Shown here in pieces: positions 24,459 to 34,101 of a stretch of 64,000 nt of DNA. Source of the DNA: a virus; IMG/VR virus record IMGVR_UViG_3300020579_000012, positions 1 through 64,000 of that record. One strand, given 5' to 3'. The translations under genes were made by a program, and so were the position numbers. The notes under the pieces were generated by a model. It searched no databases. It was not told where the DNA came from and worked only from the letters and a program-made list of their open reading frames with translations. How positions within the stretch are numbered: the stretch's first letter is position 1; each line of letters starts with the position of its first letter.

Positions 24459-26122
24459 GTCATCCGACTCATCCGCACCTGTAGTCGTTCCGTTCGCTCA
24501 CGAACCTCTCGACCTCCGGAGTGGACAGTTCTGATAAGCTCAGCGAGGGCACGCCGGGCTCTGGCACCATAGCGCGGCCAGTCCATGTCGACGTACCACG
24601 GAGAAACGGACTCCGCTTCCGGACACTTCGATATACCGTCTTTCTCAAACATCCAGGCATCCTCCCCGAGAACGTCTGGATTCGCACTGTTCCTAGGAAC
24701 GATGATAGGCTTACCGCAGGCCGCCCCTTCGTGGGATGGGAGCCCCCAGCCTTCACCAAGACTAGCCGATACGATAGCGTCCGACGACGAGTAGATCTCT
24801 GCCATCTGCGTATCCGTGAACTTCCCTTCAAGGATCCAGACGCGCGTCTTCAGATTTGCGAGCTTGTCGTGAATCCTAGACGACCAAGATCCAGGAGCGT
24901 GCGTCGTTGCGATCACGAAGTCGACGTCGGATTTCTTCGGAAACGCCAGTTCGATCGCCTCCGCGATAAACTCAAAATTCTTCCGGCGGGAAGGTAGTCC
25001 GACCGCCAGTGCAATCCAGCCGGACGGGGATCTGTAGTTTCCTCTTTTCGAGGTCGAGACGAGACGGCATTCAGGGAATGCTATTTTCTTCAAAGGTTTG
25101 AAAATTGCTGGATTTATTCCGAGCGGAACCACTCTTGTCGGGATCCGGACGCCGGAACCGACAAAGGCGCTCTTCCCCCAGTTCGTACACGTCCATAATT
25201 CCGAGTACCGAGAATTGATCTTCTCAACCATATCTCGGTGTACACGATCAGTCTCCATTAGCGTGTAGCAGATCGAGAATCGATCTTTCTGCGGCTCGTG
25301 ATCTGGCCCAAAAATCCTTAGGATCGGCGCTTTCGGGCCTATCAACGTCGACTGGAATGATTCGACTTTAGTTCTTGTGTACTCGTCAACGAGTATCGCC
25401 TCCTTGGAATCTGATTCGATCCGAACAGCCAAACTATTTGCTATCCGGAATAGGATCTCGCGATTAAGGCGACCGTATGATGCCCAGGATAGGAAGTGTC
25501 CTGACTGCAGAACCTCAGGAAAATTAGACTTTTTGTAGACATGCTTTAGAGCTGTAGATTCAACCGGCTTAGGTTTAGGAGGTTCATAGGTAACAGCTGG
25601 AAGCGACTGAACGCTTCCGAACCGCACGACCGCGTCGGATTCCGGGATGAACGACTCGGCGTGCCAGCGCCATGTCGGCGGCAGGAACAGGAAGGAGGTC
25701 TCCCGCGTCTCGGTCAGGGCGATACAGAGATTAACGTCCTCCTTGCCTGGATACGCGGCGTTCCGCTGGACCCAGCGGTCGAGTAGGCGCCGAGCACCCG
25801 TCGTCGGCCGGACGAGGATCGTCTCGAGCGAGACTACTCCGATCCCGTCGAACTGCCGAGGGGTCGTCGGCGTCGAGCCGATCCGGTCGACGTAGGCTGC
25901 GACGTCGAAGTCCTTCGAGCGCAGCCGCTCCAAGACCGGTGCGGTCCAGACGCGGGCCCCAGGCTGGACGAACAGGAACCCGTCCCGCTCGATCGTGAAG
26001 CGGCCGAGTGCGTCCAGGAACGCGTCAGCCGGGGACGGCCCGCGTGCGAGCGCGCAGATCGTGATGCCTTTCACGTGACCGACGAGCGGCGACGGGGCAC
26101 CCTTGAAGGTGACGACGATCAT
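24404..26122 (-). CDS. two-domain glycosyltransferase (C-terminal GT-B/GT4-like)
   Basis: GEGWGLPSHEGAACGKPIIVP (E-x7-E motif). Confidence 0.75.
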   Translation of the reverse strand: MIVVTFKGAPSPLVGHVKGITICALARGPSPADAFLDALGRFTIERDGFLFVQPGARVWTAPVLERLRSKDFDVAAYVDRIGSTPTTPRQFDGIGVVSLETILVRPTTGARRLLDRWVQRNAAYPGKEDVNLCIALTETRETSFLFLPPTWRWHAESFIPESDAVVRFGSVQSLPAVTYEPPKPKPVESTALKHVYKKSNFPEVLQSGHFLSWASYGRLNREILFRIANSLAVRIESDSKEAILVDEYTRTKVESFQSTLIGPKAPILRIFGPDHEPQKDRFSICYTLMETDRVHRDMVEKINSRYSELWTCTNWGKSAFVGSGVRIPTRVVPLGINPAIFKPLKKIAFPECRLVSTSKRGNYRSPSGWIALAVGLPSRRKNFEFIAEAIELAFPKKSDVDFVIATTHAPGSWSSRIHDKLANLKTRVWILEGKFTDTQMAEIYSSSDAIVSASLGEGWGLPSHEGAACGKPIIVPRNSANPDVLGEDAWMFEKDGISKCPEAESVSPWYVDMDWPRYGARARRALAELIRTVHSGGREVRERTERLQVRMSRMTWDITAELITNRLIEVQP

Positions 26123-26406
26123 CTGCTCCCTCGCTTATTCGATTTCGCTTTTGTCTTGTGCTTCCCGTTTCCATTCCTTGACACATCGATATCTGCCGTA
26201 TCGTAGATCGGCATAGTCGGCTTTAGAATTATTTGTTTTATCTTAACAGGCTCTCTTGAGAGTCGAGCTCCTTCACATTTCGCTTCGTGACTTAAACCAC
26301 AAGACCCTTCCCAGCCGAAGGATTGGTGAACGAGTTTGAAGCAGTACGGGCAATGTGAGATTGCATATTTCTCACATTCAGTGCAGACCTTCAATTCCGT
26401 TGACAT
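26119..26406 (-). CDS. Cys-rich zinc-finger protein with basic tail
   Basis: CTECEKYAISHCPYC... Confidence 0.55.
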   Translation of the reverse strand: MSTELKVCTECEKYAISHCPYCFKLVHQSFGWEGSCGLSHEAKCEGARLSREPVKIKQIILKPTMPIYDTADIDVSRNGNGKHKTKAKSNKRGSR

Positions 26407-26681
26407 CTAACCTCCAATTCGTGTGCAACGACCGACGCAAGGTCCTCGATGGTCTCCGGATGCGACGGGAGCGGAGCATCAAGTTCCAAAAGGATGTGGA
26501 TTAATTTTCCTTCGACCGGAAAGACGGCGGACTTGTTCCAGTCGAGCGGCCAGCCGGTGAACCGCTCGTTCGTATCAAGGTCCTGAAGACACCAGGAGCA
26601 GAGGAAGCAGACCGGCCTTCGAGCCAGCAGCAGCTCCCGAAGCGCCGAGGACATTTCTATTTGTCGAAGGACTTCGCCCAT
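26391..26681 (-). CDS. hypothetical protein
   Basis: ORF track, 96 aa. Confidence 0.5.
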   Translation of the reverse strand: MGEVLRQIEMSSALRELLLARRPVCFLCSWCLQDLDTNERFTGWPLDWNKSAVFPVEGKLIHILLELDAPLPSHPETIEDLASVVAHELEVRCQRN

Positions 26682-26899
26682 TTCTCCCTCGCTTCCGTCT
26701 CACGTGCAATGATCGTATCCTTGAGGCGACGAGCTTCCTCGATCTGAGGTGTCGTTGCCTCGCCATCGACGACCTTTCGAAGGAGCCTCGAGTACCTCGC
26801 CCGAATCCGGTCAAGCTCGGTCCAACCGCGATCACCGCGACGTCGCTGCGGCAACGGACCGAATATATCGGATGTCTTTTTACGTCCTGTTTCGCCCAT
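26657..26899 (-). CDS. hypothetical basic protein
   Basis: ATG at 26899 follows GAGGAGGTGTGAT. Confidence 0.55.
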   Translation of the reverse strand: MGETGRKKTSDIFGPLPQRRRGDRGWTELDRIRARYSRLLRKVVDGEATTPQIEEARRLKDTIIARETEAREKWAKSFDK

Positions 26900-26922
26900 A
26901 TCACACCTCCTCGTGTACACGA

Positions 26923-27162
26923 TCAGTTCTCATCCCGATCGATACCGTACTGGTCGCACATTTTATGGAGCGTGTCGAGCTGTCGTTGGGTCAACGGTCT
27001 CTTGTCGATCTGGAGTTGATCGAGAATGCTCTGAAGGAATCCAGCCTCCCAGGTATTCAGGTCATCCTCCATAACGTCGAGCGCCTTGGCGAGTGCGAGC
27101 TGGCGCTCCAACGTTTCGTTGAAAGCTCGGTCAATGTCGCCAAATGGATTCTCAGCGGACAC
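26923..27162 (-). CDS. hypothetical protein
   Basis: GTG at 27162 follows AGGAGGTGTTCG. Confidence 0.45.
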   Translation of the reverse strand: MSAENPFGDIDRAFNETLERQLALAKALDVMEDDLNTWEAGFLQSILDQLQIDKRPLTQRQLDTLHKMCDQYGIDRDEN

Positions 27163-27610
27163 CGAACACCTCCTGGATCTTAACGACGGCGTCGAGAGCC
27201 TCCTGGTAGACCGTGGTTCCTTCAAGCGCTTGCAGATCCAGGAGCGTTTGCAAACATGTTCCATTCCGACCAAAGCGGATCGGCGAGCGGGCGCCTGGAA
27301 CTTCCTTCACGATCGTCAGGCCGGAGGCTGTCAACATCTCCTCGGTCATGCATTCGAGGACAAGAAAAGCCTCGTTTCCGGAGAGTCCGGCCGGATAGAT
27401 ATCGCCGTTGTACTCACGAACTAGCGAGAGCCAGAGTGCCTTCTTCTCACAAAAAAGACTCTTCGGCTCACACGGGCAGACGCCGGACCAGTCCGAGCGA
27501 CAGCGGATTCCCTGACGCCAGAGGTTACCGAGGACCCCAGCACCCTTCATAAGGCGGGACGGGATCATAGCGCGTTGCTTAGCTGCGATAGTCTCTTGAA
27601 TCGAGCTCAT
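27152..27610 (-). CDS. hypothetical protein
   Basis: ORF track, 152 aa. Confidence 0.6.
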   Translation of the reverse strand: MSSIQETIAAKQRAMIPSRLMKGAGVLGNLWRQGIRCRSDWSGVCPCEPKSLFCEKKALWLSLVREYNGDIYPAGLSGNEAFLVLECMTEEMLTASGLTIVKEVPGARSPIRFGRNGTCLQTLLDLQALEGTTVYQEALDAVVKIQEVFGVR

Positions 27611-27649
27611 TTTCGTACCTCAAACGTATCTAACATTCGCATTTTGAGA

Positions 27650-27811
27650 CGGTGAATTTAGTGACGAAAGTGACAGACCAAACCTATTCTGCTCCACAAT
27701 TACACACACAGAAAAATATTCCTTTATCGCTACTCTACATAATATTTTTCAATACCCTAATTACCAGGGTAGAATAGGTTAGTTCTGTCACTTTAGTCAC
27801 CAATTGTCACT
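27650..27811. repeat. ~33-bp imperfect inverted repeats with GTGAC iterons flanking an ~80-bp AT-rich spacer; candidate replication origin
   Basis: 27658-27690 TTAGTGACGAAAGTGACAGACCAAACCTATTCT versus the reverse complement of 27771-27803, TTGGTGACTAAAGTGACAGAACTAACCTATTCT. Confidence 0.45.
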
Positions 27812-27829
27812 GAAAACATCATTTTTAGA

Positions 27830-30241
27830 TCAAAATTCAATATCAGCCTGTCGTTGGCTCGGTTGAATCGTTGGCTTACCGAACTGAGCTACCTCGTCAA
27901 GGGCGCCGGTCGGCGGGTGTCCATTTGACCACGTAAGACCTCCCCAGCCGCGTGCCTCACCGCGCCGGACCTCTCTAACATTCGCTCCTCGAAGCGTCTT
28001 GTTAAACTCGCGCGTTGACATCGGTTTTCTACCACCATCCTCAGACCAGATTTTGTACCGATCGTAGACAAGCGGTCCAGCCAGCCAGCCGTTGGAATCA
28101 TCACGGCAGCACTCCCGGAGGAAGTCATAAGCTGAGTTGCAGTCGCGTCTGTACTCCTCAAGCGCATTCTTTGAAGACCCAGGTATTGTGAATCGACCGC
28201 GAGTCACAAGGCGACTAAGACCATCGACAGCCCGGGACAGGAACGCCGATAGAAGTCCTGATTCTGAAACCAGCTTCTCTGAGTATTTTTTGATCTCGTT
28301 TGCGGTGTCACGGATCCGCTGATTGAATTCAACAAAGAGGAACCGGTCGAAATAAGCCGACGACCGATCCGTCGCCCTCGGCATCTGATTCGTTGCGAAG
28401 ACCATCCGGCAGAACGGCCGGAACCAGAAAGGCGCCTTCCCTTTCTCCTCAGCTTTGATCTGGTTACCGTCGGTGATCTGTTTGAATATTCCAGTGTTCT
28501 CAAGCGCCTTCGACTCAAGCTCGTCGTAGCAGTTCGCGAGCTTACCGATCAAAACCGAAGCCAGGAATCGTTCCTCGGTAAGGCTTTGAAGCGAGCAGTA
28601 CGCTATATTTCTTTCGCCGATAAGGTGTTCGACGAGCTCAAGGAACGTCGATTTTCCGTTGCCACCTTCTCCTACCATAACAAGACATTTCGTCATCGAA
28701 GCGTCTGGGATCATCATATGCCCGACGTATTCCTCTATCATGAGGATCGCATCTTCCGGAAGTATTGACTTAAAGAACTTGTCGAGCGTCTCGGACTTCG
28801 CGTTTGGATCCCAGGCGACCGGGATTTGGATCGTCGAAATGTATTTTGGGTCGTGCGGGGAAAGCTGTTTTGTTCTCCAGTCGAGCATTCCGTTTTTGAC
28901 GTTGATTAGAGTTTTTGCATGGAGATCGACTTCGTCGTACGGTCTCTTTGAGAGTTCCGTGATGAGCTCGACGACTTCGGTCAGGTGCTTATCCCGGAGA
29001 GACTTGCCCATCGCTTTCACGATCTCGCGACGCGCAAAGTCAGATCCACCGGGCTTGAAGACGCCGTCCTTGTAGAAGGACAGTCGAATACCTTTCCCGT
29101 CATCGCCTATCGGTGTTGCCAGGAAGCGCGTTTCGGACATGATATGCGCAGCCAGGAGCGCTGGAACAAGCTTTCCATTCTCGTCGAACCATGGGGGTCC
29201 GTCTGAAGGGCCTCTAAGCTCATCGTCCTTCCGGCGTTCCTTTCGATCATCCTTCTCTTCGGCACGCTTAATCTCTTCACGTGCCCAAATATCCTCGACT
29301 ATTTTCTCGATCTCGTCGTCCGGGAGCGGTGGACGATTCTTCTTGTTCCAGTCTGTTATTGCGTAGAGAGCGAGTTTTCTTGTTTTAAGTTTTGCGCAGT
29401 AGTGTCCAGCCATTGCAACGGCCGATAGATGTCGTCCGCCGTAAGGTCCGCCGGATTCATCGACACCATCTTTAATCTGCTCGATTTTAGGGTCACGGGA
29501 CGTCGTTGATATTTTTGCGCGGTCCTTCTCTTCCTGCTCGATCTCGAGGTCATCGACTGATTTCTTTAGGTCCGTGATTGAGAAGTCCTTGAAAACCTCT
29601 ATCGGGTAACGGTTCCAGGTCGCATCGACGATCTGGCACCATTTCGGATCTTTAGGATTCTTCAGGTTCATGAAACCCGGCATCCGAAGGATTCTGCGCG
29701 GGTCATGAATTGAATCAGAGATCTTAAAGTAGTCCATGATTCCTGCGCAGACTGGACGCGCTAGTTCTTTCGGATATGGCTTATCGAAGAGCCAGTAGGC
29801 GTGCATGCCGCGTCCGGACTCGAGGACGATTGATGGTTGAAGGTCTCTTGCTTTAAAGTCTGCGACCACTCCATCGAACTGCGCCCGCACGGCCTGCTCG
29901 TTTCCATGGAAATCAACATCGACCCAGGCGGCAACGTAGTGTGAAACATCGGCGTTCGTTCCGTGCTTCTTCGGTTTCCGGAATCGTGGATTGATGCAAT
30001 GATGAATATTTTCGACTTGAGTCCGGTTCATGTGATCGAGTTGTCGTTCGATCGTCGGCCAGTCGGAGAGGACTTGGGCGACCGTGTAGAACATTGCCCG
30101 CATCCGCTTAGCGTCGGGGTTCTCCTGCGTCGGTCGGTACTGGAGCAGATTGAACTCGACGAACCAGTCGCTCGGGGCGGACCCCCAGAGCTCCCGTATG
30201 AACTGCGTCGGAGTTACCTTCTCCGACGGTTGATCGATCAT
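27830..30241 (-). CDS. bifunctional AEP primase-polymerase / D5-like SF3 helicase
   Basis: WVDVDFHG and ESGRGMHAYW (AEP motifs). Walker A VGEGGNGKST in the C-terminal helicase. Confidence 0.9.
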   Translation of the reverse strand: MIDQPSEKVTPTQFIRELWGSAPSDWFVEFNLLQYRPTQENPDAKRMRAMFYTVAQVLSDWPTIERQLDHMNRTQVENIHHCINPRFRKPKKHGTNADVSHYVAAWVDVDFHGNEQAVRAQFDGVVADFKARDLQPSIVLESGRGMHAYWLFDKPYPKELARPVCAGIMDYFKISDSIHDPRRILRMPGFMNLKNPKDPKWCQIVDATWNRYPIEVFKDFSITDLKKSVDDLEIEQEEKDRAKISTTSRDPKIEQIKDGVDESGGPYGGRHLSAVAMAGHYCAKLKTRKLALYAITDWNKKNRPPLPDDEIEKIVEDIWAREEIKRAEEKDDRKERRKDDELRGPSDGPPWFDENGKLVPALLAAHIMSETRFLATPIGDDGKGIRLSFYKDGVFKPGGSDFARREIVKAMGKSLRDKHLTEVVELITELSKRPYDEVDLHAKTLINVKNGMLDWRTKQLSPHDPKYISTIQIPVAWDPNAKSETLDKFFKSILPEDAILMIEEYVGHMMIPDASMTKCLVMVGEGGNGKSTFLELVEHLIGERNIAYCSLQSLTEERFLASVLIGKLANCYDELESKALENTGIFKQITDGNQIKAEEKGKAPFWFRPFCRMVFATNQMPRATDRSSAYFDRFLFVEFNQRIRDTANEIKKYSEKLVSESGLLSAFLSRAVDGLSRLVTRGRFTIPGSSKNALEEYRRDCNSAYDFLRECCRDDSNGWLAGPLVYDRYKIWSEDGGRKPMSTREFNKTLRGANVREVRRGEARGWGGLTWSNGHPPTGALDEVAQFGKPTIQPSQRQADIEF

Positions 30242-30377
30242 CGGACCCCTCTACTCGCGTTCCCCGAACCCGCCATGTCTCTTCCTATCGCTGCCCTGGG
30301 AGCTTCGGAGGAACCTCCCAGGACAGCAGAGGAAGAGGACGGAGAGGTGGTCACGGCTCTCCGCCCCTGGAGGAACG

Positions 30378-31022
30378 CTAGAAGTCTGCCGGGCCCTTAC
30401 CGGCGGCCTGCGTGGACTTCTTCGAAGATTCAGCGGCGGGTTTTCCAGGCGCCGCAGTGAGCTTCTTCTGGTCTGGCTTCGCATCGCCTTTCGCCGCGCT
30501 CGCCTTTTCGTTCTTCGGTGGAGTCCAGGGGTTGATGTAGGCGATCCGGCTACGGATTCTACCGGATTTTTCAGGGTACTCCTCGTCGTAGACGACACCT
30601 TCGAAGGTCCTACCGGCCCATGGGATTGAGACGACCTCTCCCATATGGGTCAGGTCTCGTTCGAGGATTACTGAGAGGTCCCGTAGAATGTAAGGCAGGT
30701 TCTTTTTTGTGACCCAGAAGACATGTTCGAGAACTTGCCCCTTTGTGGTGTACGGCTCTTCGGTTTTTTCGTTCTTGACGGATTCGGGCTCAAGGACCTC
30801 GCAGAAGAGCTTAAAACCCTTCGTGCCGGACGGCGTCACGAAGATTTCGTGATCTGCGAGGACCTGTTCGGAGCTGTCGCGCTGCGTGATTTCCTGGGCG
30901 GTCAAGACGAACTTGTACGTATTTGGAGGGATACGCCCAGGAGTCGCTGCGGGACCTGCTTTCTCTGTTTTTTTGAAGTCCTCTTCGAACTCTCCGAATG
31001 GGTTGCTTGGATCGTGCGTCAT
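30378..31022 (-). CDS. hypothetical protein (possible ssDNA-binding protein, by position only)
   Basis: ORF track, 214 aa, with a Lys/Ala/Pro-rich tail. Confidence 0.55.
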   Translation of the reverse strand: MTHDPSNPFGEFEEDFKKTEKAGPAATPGRIPPNTYKFVLTAQEITQRDSSEQVLADHEIFVTPSGTKGFKLFCEVLEPESVKNEKTEEPYTTKGQVLEHVFWVTKKNLPYILRDLSVILERDLTHMGEVVSIPWAGRTFEGVVYDEEYPEKSGRIRSRIAYINPWTPPKNEKASAAKGDAKPDQKKLTAAPGKPAAESSKKSTQAAGKGPADF

Positions 31023-31083
31023 ACCTTCTCCTTCTTTCTTTGATCCGTACTGTCAACTATCCAGTCTCTCCAGAGCCAGGATA

Positions 31084-31821
31084 CTAATCGTATTCGAGAA
31101 CCTTCCTCCTAACCTCCTCTTCTGTGTCGCCTGTCGGGTTTTTGATGAAAACAGTTCCGGTAGGATCCCTGGCGACGTAAGCCCTTCCTGCGAGTACATT
31201 TCCGAACAGATCGTGCAGGAATTCGATCTGTGGTTTACGTAGATCTTTTGAAGACTCAACCCCGTAGGCAGCTCGGATCAAGGACTTGCCGTCGGCGGTC
31301 CTAAACGATTCGTGGTTGTGTTGGTTATTAGAACAATTCTGCCTTCGGCACATTTGATTGTCGTCCGGCCAGCTCATATTATTTGCTTTTGTCATGAGAA
31401 CTTTTATGTCTTCGAGCGTTGCTTCTGGTTGAGATTTATCGATGGGCGGACCACAGAAGAAGCGATTTATGTCTTTGATATTCTCTTCCGGTGTCGCTGG
31501 TGGCGGTAGCGGGTTGGATGGAGGGTCGCTTGGGGCATCTGTCGGCGGGGGGTCGTTCTTAATTGTGACTGACTTTTCAGCCTCGGTATGTATGGGCTCA
31601 AAGAGCTTACTGAATTCGCCAGCTTCGAACATATCCCGGATACTGAGTTTGTGCGGATTCTTATTTATTTTCCGATTCGCCTTTCTGCATGGACCGCACC
31701 TTTTTGGCATCCGATACCCAAGGGTGTCGGCAAACATTTTCTCTCGCGCGGTGATCTTGAATTCCTGTTGGCAGGCTGCGCAGACAGCTTTCTGGTCTTC
31801 GTAGACCTTACGTCCGCTCAT
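31084..31821 (-). CDS. protein with N-terminal zinc-ribbon (zf-trcl-like)
   Basis: CAACQQEFKITAREKMFADTLGYRMPKRCGPCRKA. Confidence 0.6.
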   Translation of the reverse strand: MSGRKVYEDQKAVCAACQQEFKITAREKMFADTLGYRMPKRCGPCRKANRKINKNPHKLSIRDMFEAGEFSKLFEPIHTEAEKSVTIKNDPPPTDAPSDPPSNPLPPPATPEENIKDINRFFCGPPIDKSQPEATLEDIKVLMTKANNMSWPDDNQMCRRQNCSNNQHNHESFRTADGKSLIRAAYGVESSKDLRKPQIEFLHDLFGNVLAGRAYVARDPTGTVFIKNPTGDTEEEVRRKVLEYD

Positions 31822-31826
31822 TTAAT

Positions 31827-32036
31827 CTAACCTTCCTTCTTCTCTTCCTTGGTGTATCGCTTCGTTGTGACAGAATTGGACACACCATCCGGACCGAGTT
31901 TTACTTTACACCGATCGCACGGAGCAGTCGTCACGCGGATCTTCGCGGCGTGCTCTCCTGGAGGCAGGCGCCGGTCTGATTCGAGACCGAGCGACCTGCC
32001 GCAGTATCCGCAGATGACGACCTTAGGGAGACTCAT
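31827..32036 (-). CDS. small zinc-ribbon protein
   Basis: CGYCG ... CDRC. Confidence 0.55.
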   Translation of the reverse strand: MSLPKVVICGYCGRSLGLESDRRLPPGEHAAKIRVTTAPCDRCKVKLGPDGVSNSVTTKRYTKEEKKEG

Positions 32037-33826
32037 TGACGTATCTCCTTTGGGGCGCCATTCCGGATTGCCTCATGGAACCAGTCCGGAAGCATCTTCG
32101 AGTTCTTCCAGAGGAATGACTCAAAACCCGCGTCCAGCAGATAGGTCGTTGCCCAGTCGTCGCGCGAGCGTACGGAGCGTCCGTAGGACTGCACGATCTT
32201 GAGGGCGCAGAGCCATGCGTACCACTGGGAATCCATGTCCATACGCTGTTTGATGACCCTGTCCTTCATATTGGGCCATGGCATTTTTGCGATCACCTGG
32301 AAGCGCGAGAGGTCACCTTTCAGGTCGAGACCTTCATGCATGGCGGGCGCGACGATGACGGAGTCTGTCCGGCGGGCGTGCTCGGCCAGCATTTCGTCCT
32401 TCGACTCGAAGTGCTCCTGGAACAGAAGCCGGTCGCCGTGCGGAGCAGGGATGTCATTGAAAAGGATCTTTGAGAGCGAGAAGGAGTGGCAGTGGATGAT
32501 TCCACGCTGCCCGCGGTGCCGTTCCAGGATCTCGATGACTTTTCGGACGAACTTCGGCTCGGTCGGATCCTTCGGGTTCTGCTCGCGCGTGAAGTATTTG
32601 AAACCGAAGTTTCCGCAGTAAGACTTGTGGATCAGCCGGTTCTCCACCGGGAAGTCGCATGGCGTCCGGATTAGCTCGACCTCGTCCATCGAGAGTCCGA
32701 GGTTCCGGGCCCAGACCTTGACGTCCAGGATCGTTGCCGACATGAAGCAGAGGCGATCGGCGTGACGGAACAGTAGATCCTGTGCGAAGTCCTTTGCGTA
32801 GAGTGGGCGGGCGACGATCTTCCGGCGCTCGTCGTCGGTCCTTTTGTCGTTGTACTTTACGACCTCCAGGATCCATTCGGTCTTCTCTAAGAAGGTCATG
32901 AAGTTCGAGAGCTTACCGTCCAACTCTCTGAGGGCGTCGATCTCAGCCGCGGACAGGTCCACGTCGTCGGAGTCCATTGAGCTTTCTGCTTCGCCTTCTG
33001 CGGCCTTCAGACGCCGCATGATGAGCGCGACGAGGTCGGTTTCTGCGAGCCATTCCAGAAACTCCGCCTTCGTCCTGATCTCACGGGTGATCTGGACACC
33101 GACCAGCGAGAGCGCCCACTCCGAGAGCTCCAGCGTCACGAATCCCATCAACTGAGATTCGCAGTTGTGCGCCTCGTCGACGATCATGAGGGCACGTTTC
33201 GGGAACCGCGAGATCCGCTTCTGGAAGAGGAAACTTGAGAAGTTGAAGAGCGAGATCGCTGCGTCGTGGCAGCGCTGAAGCTGCGCCCAGTACGGGCAGC
33301 GGTGGAAAGTTGCGGGGAGTGCAAGGCCGACCGCGGCTTGCATCGGCGAGATCTGCGCTGCGGAGGCATATTGATTAGCCTCGTCCGTGATGCACTCGCC
33401 GAGGATGCCTTTCGACCGGCGGCGGCAGACGCCGTCGCCAGCGTCCTGGCCATCTTCGGCAAGTTCGTGCGTGCAGGAGTAGTTCGACCGGCCCTTCAGC
33501 GTCTCGATGTCCGGTGCTGGGTAATCGGTGGCATACTGGTCCTGCAGGATCTTCTGAGAGGTCAGCATGAAGGTCGATTGTCCGTCCGACCGGAGGGCGT
33601 TCGCCAGGGTTTTGCAGGCGTCGGTCTTTCCGGCGCCGGTTGGTAGCTCTCCGACCACCACGCGCTTTCCCGCCGCGAAGGCCGCAGCGGCGCGCTCAAG
33701 GAAGTAAGTCTGTTGCGGGCGTGGAGTTTTCCCTGGTGTGAAGTGCCCGAGAAGCTGTTCCGCTGTGAATGACCAAGGCTTCACGTTTGAACTGGTTTGC
33801 GGTGGCGCGGCAGGCTTTGTGACCAC
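32033..33826 (-). CDS. DinG/XPD (Rad3)-family SF2 DNA helicase
   Basis: ELPTGAGKTD (motif I), MIVDEAHN (DEAH), QSYGRSVRSRDD (motif VI). Confidence 0.9.
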   Translation of the reverse strand: MVTKPAAPPQTSSNVKPWSFTAEQLLGHFTPGKTPRPQQTYFLERAAAAFAAGKRVVVGELPTGAGKTDACKTLANALRSDGQSTFMLTSQKILQDQYATDYPAPDIETLKGRSNYSCTHELAEDGQDAGDGVCRRRSKGILGECITDEANQYASAAQISPMQAAVGLALPATFHRCPYWAQLQRCHDAAISLFNFSSFLFQKRISRFPKRALMIVDEAHNCESQLMGFVTLELSEWALSLVGVQITREIRTKAEFLEWLAETDLVALIMRRLKAAEGEAESSMDSDDVDLSAAEIDALRELDGKLSNFMTFLEKTEWILEVVKYNDKRTDDERRKIVARPLYAKDFAQDLLFRHADRLCFMSATILDVKVWARNLGLSMDEVELIRTPCDFPVENRLIHKSYCGNFGFKYFTREQNPKDPTEPKFVRKVIEILERHRGQRGIIHCHSFSLSKILFNDIPAPHGDRLLFQEHFESKDEMLAEHARRTDSVIVAPAMHEGLDLKGDLSRFQVIAKMPWPNMKDRVIKQRMDMDSQWYAWLCALKIVQSYGRSVRSRDDWATTYLLDAGFESFLWKNSKMLPDWFHEAIRNGAPKEIRQ

Positions 33827-34101
33827 TGACTCCTCCTTCTTCTTTCCGCACCCGCCAGCGGTTCCTCCACCGCTTTCGGGCGTACTACCTAGAGCCTCTG
33901 AATCTTCGCGGCGGTCTTGGATCCGTCCGACAACCTCCCGGAACGGAAGGTGTGAACGCCCGAGCCGGGAGCGGACGAACCGTTACCCCGGCCGCGAAGG
34001 TTCAGAGACTCTACGACTACTCGGGCGTTCACGAAAGGAGTATAGCACGAGACGGAGCCCTGTCAATGTGAAAAAGAACGAATATTCAGATCGGAAAACG
34101 C

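Noticed and set aside
33952-34032. 81-nt segment closed by a 13-bp stem considered as a tRNA
   Set aside because: The acceptor-like stem is far too long. There is no GTTCRA T-loop and no D-arm or anticodon-arm geometry. No other tRNA-like sequence was seen in any intergenic gap.
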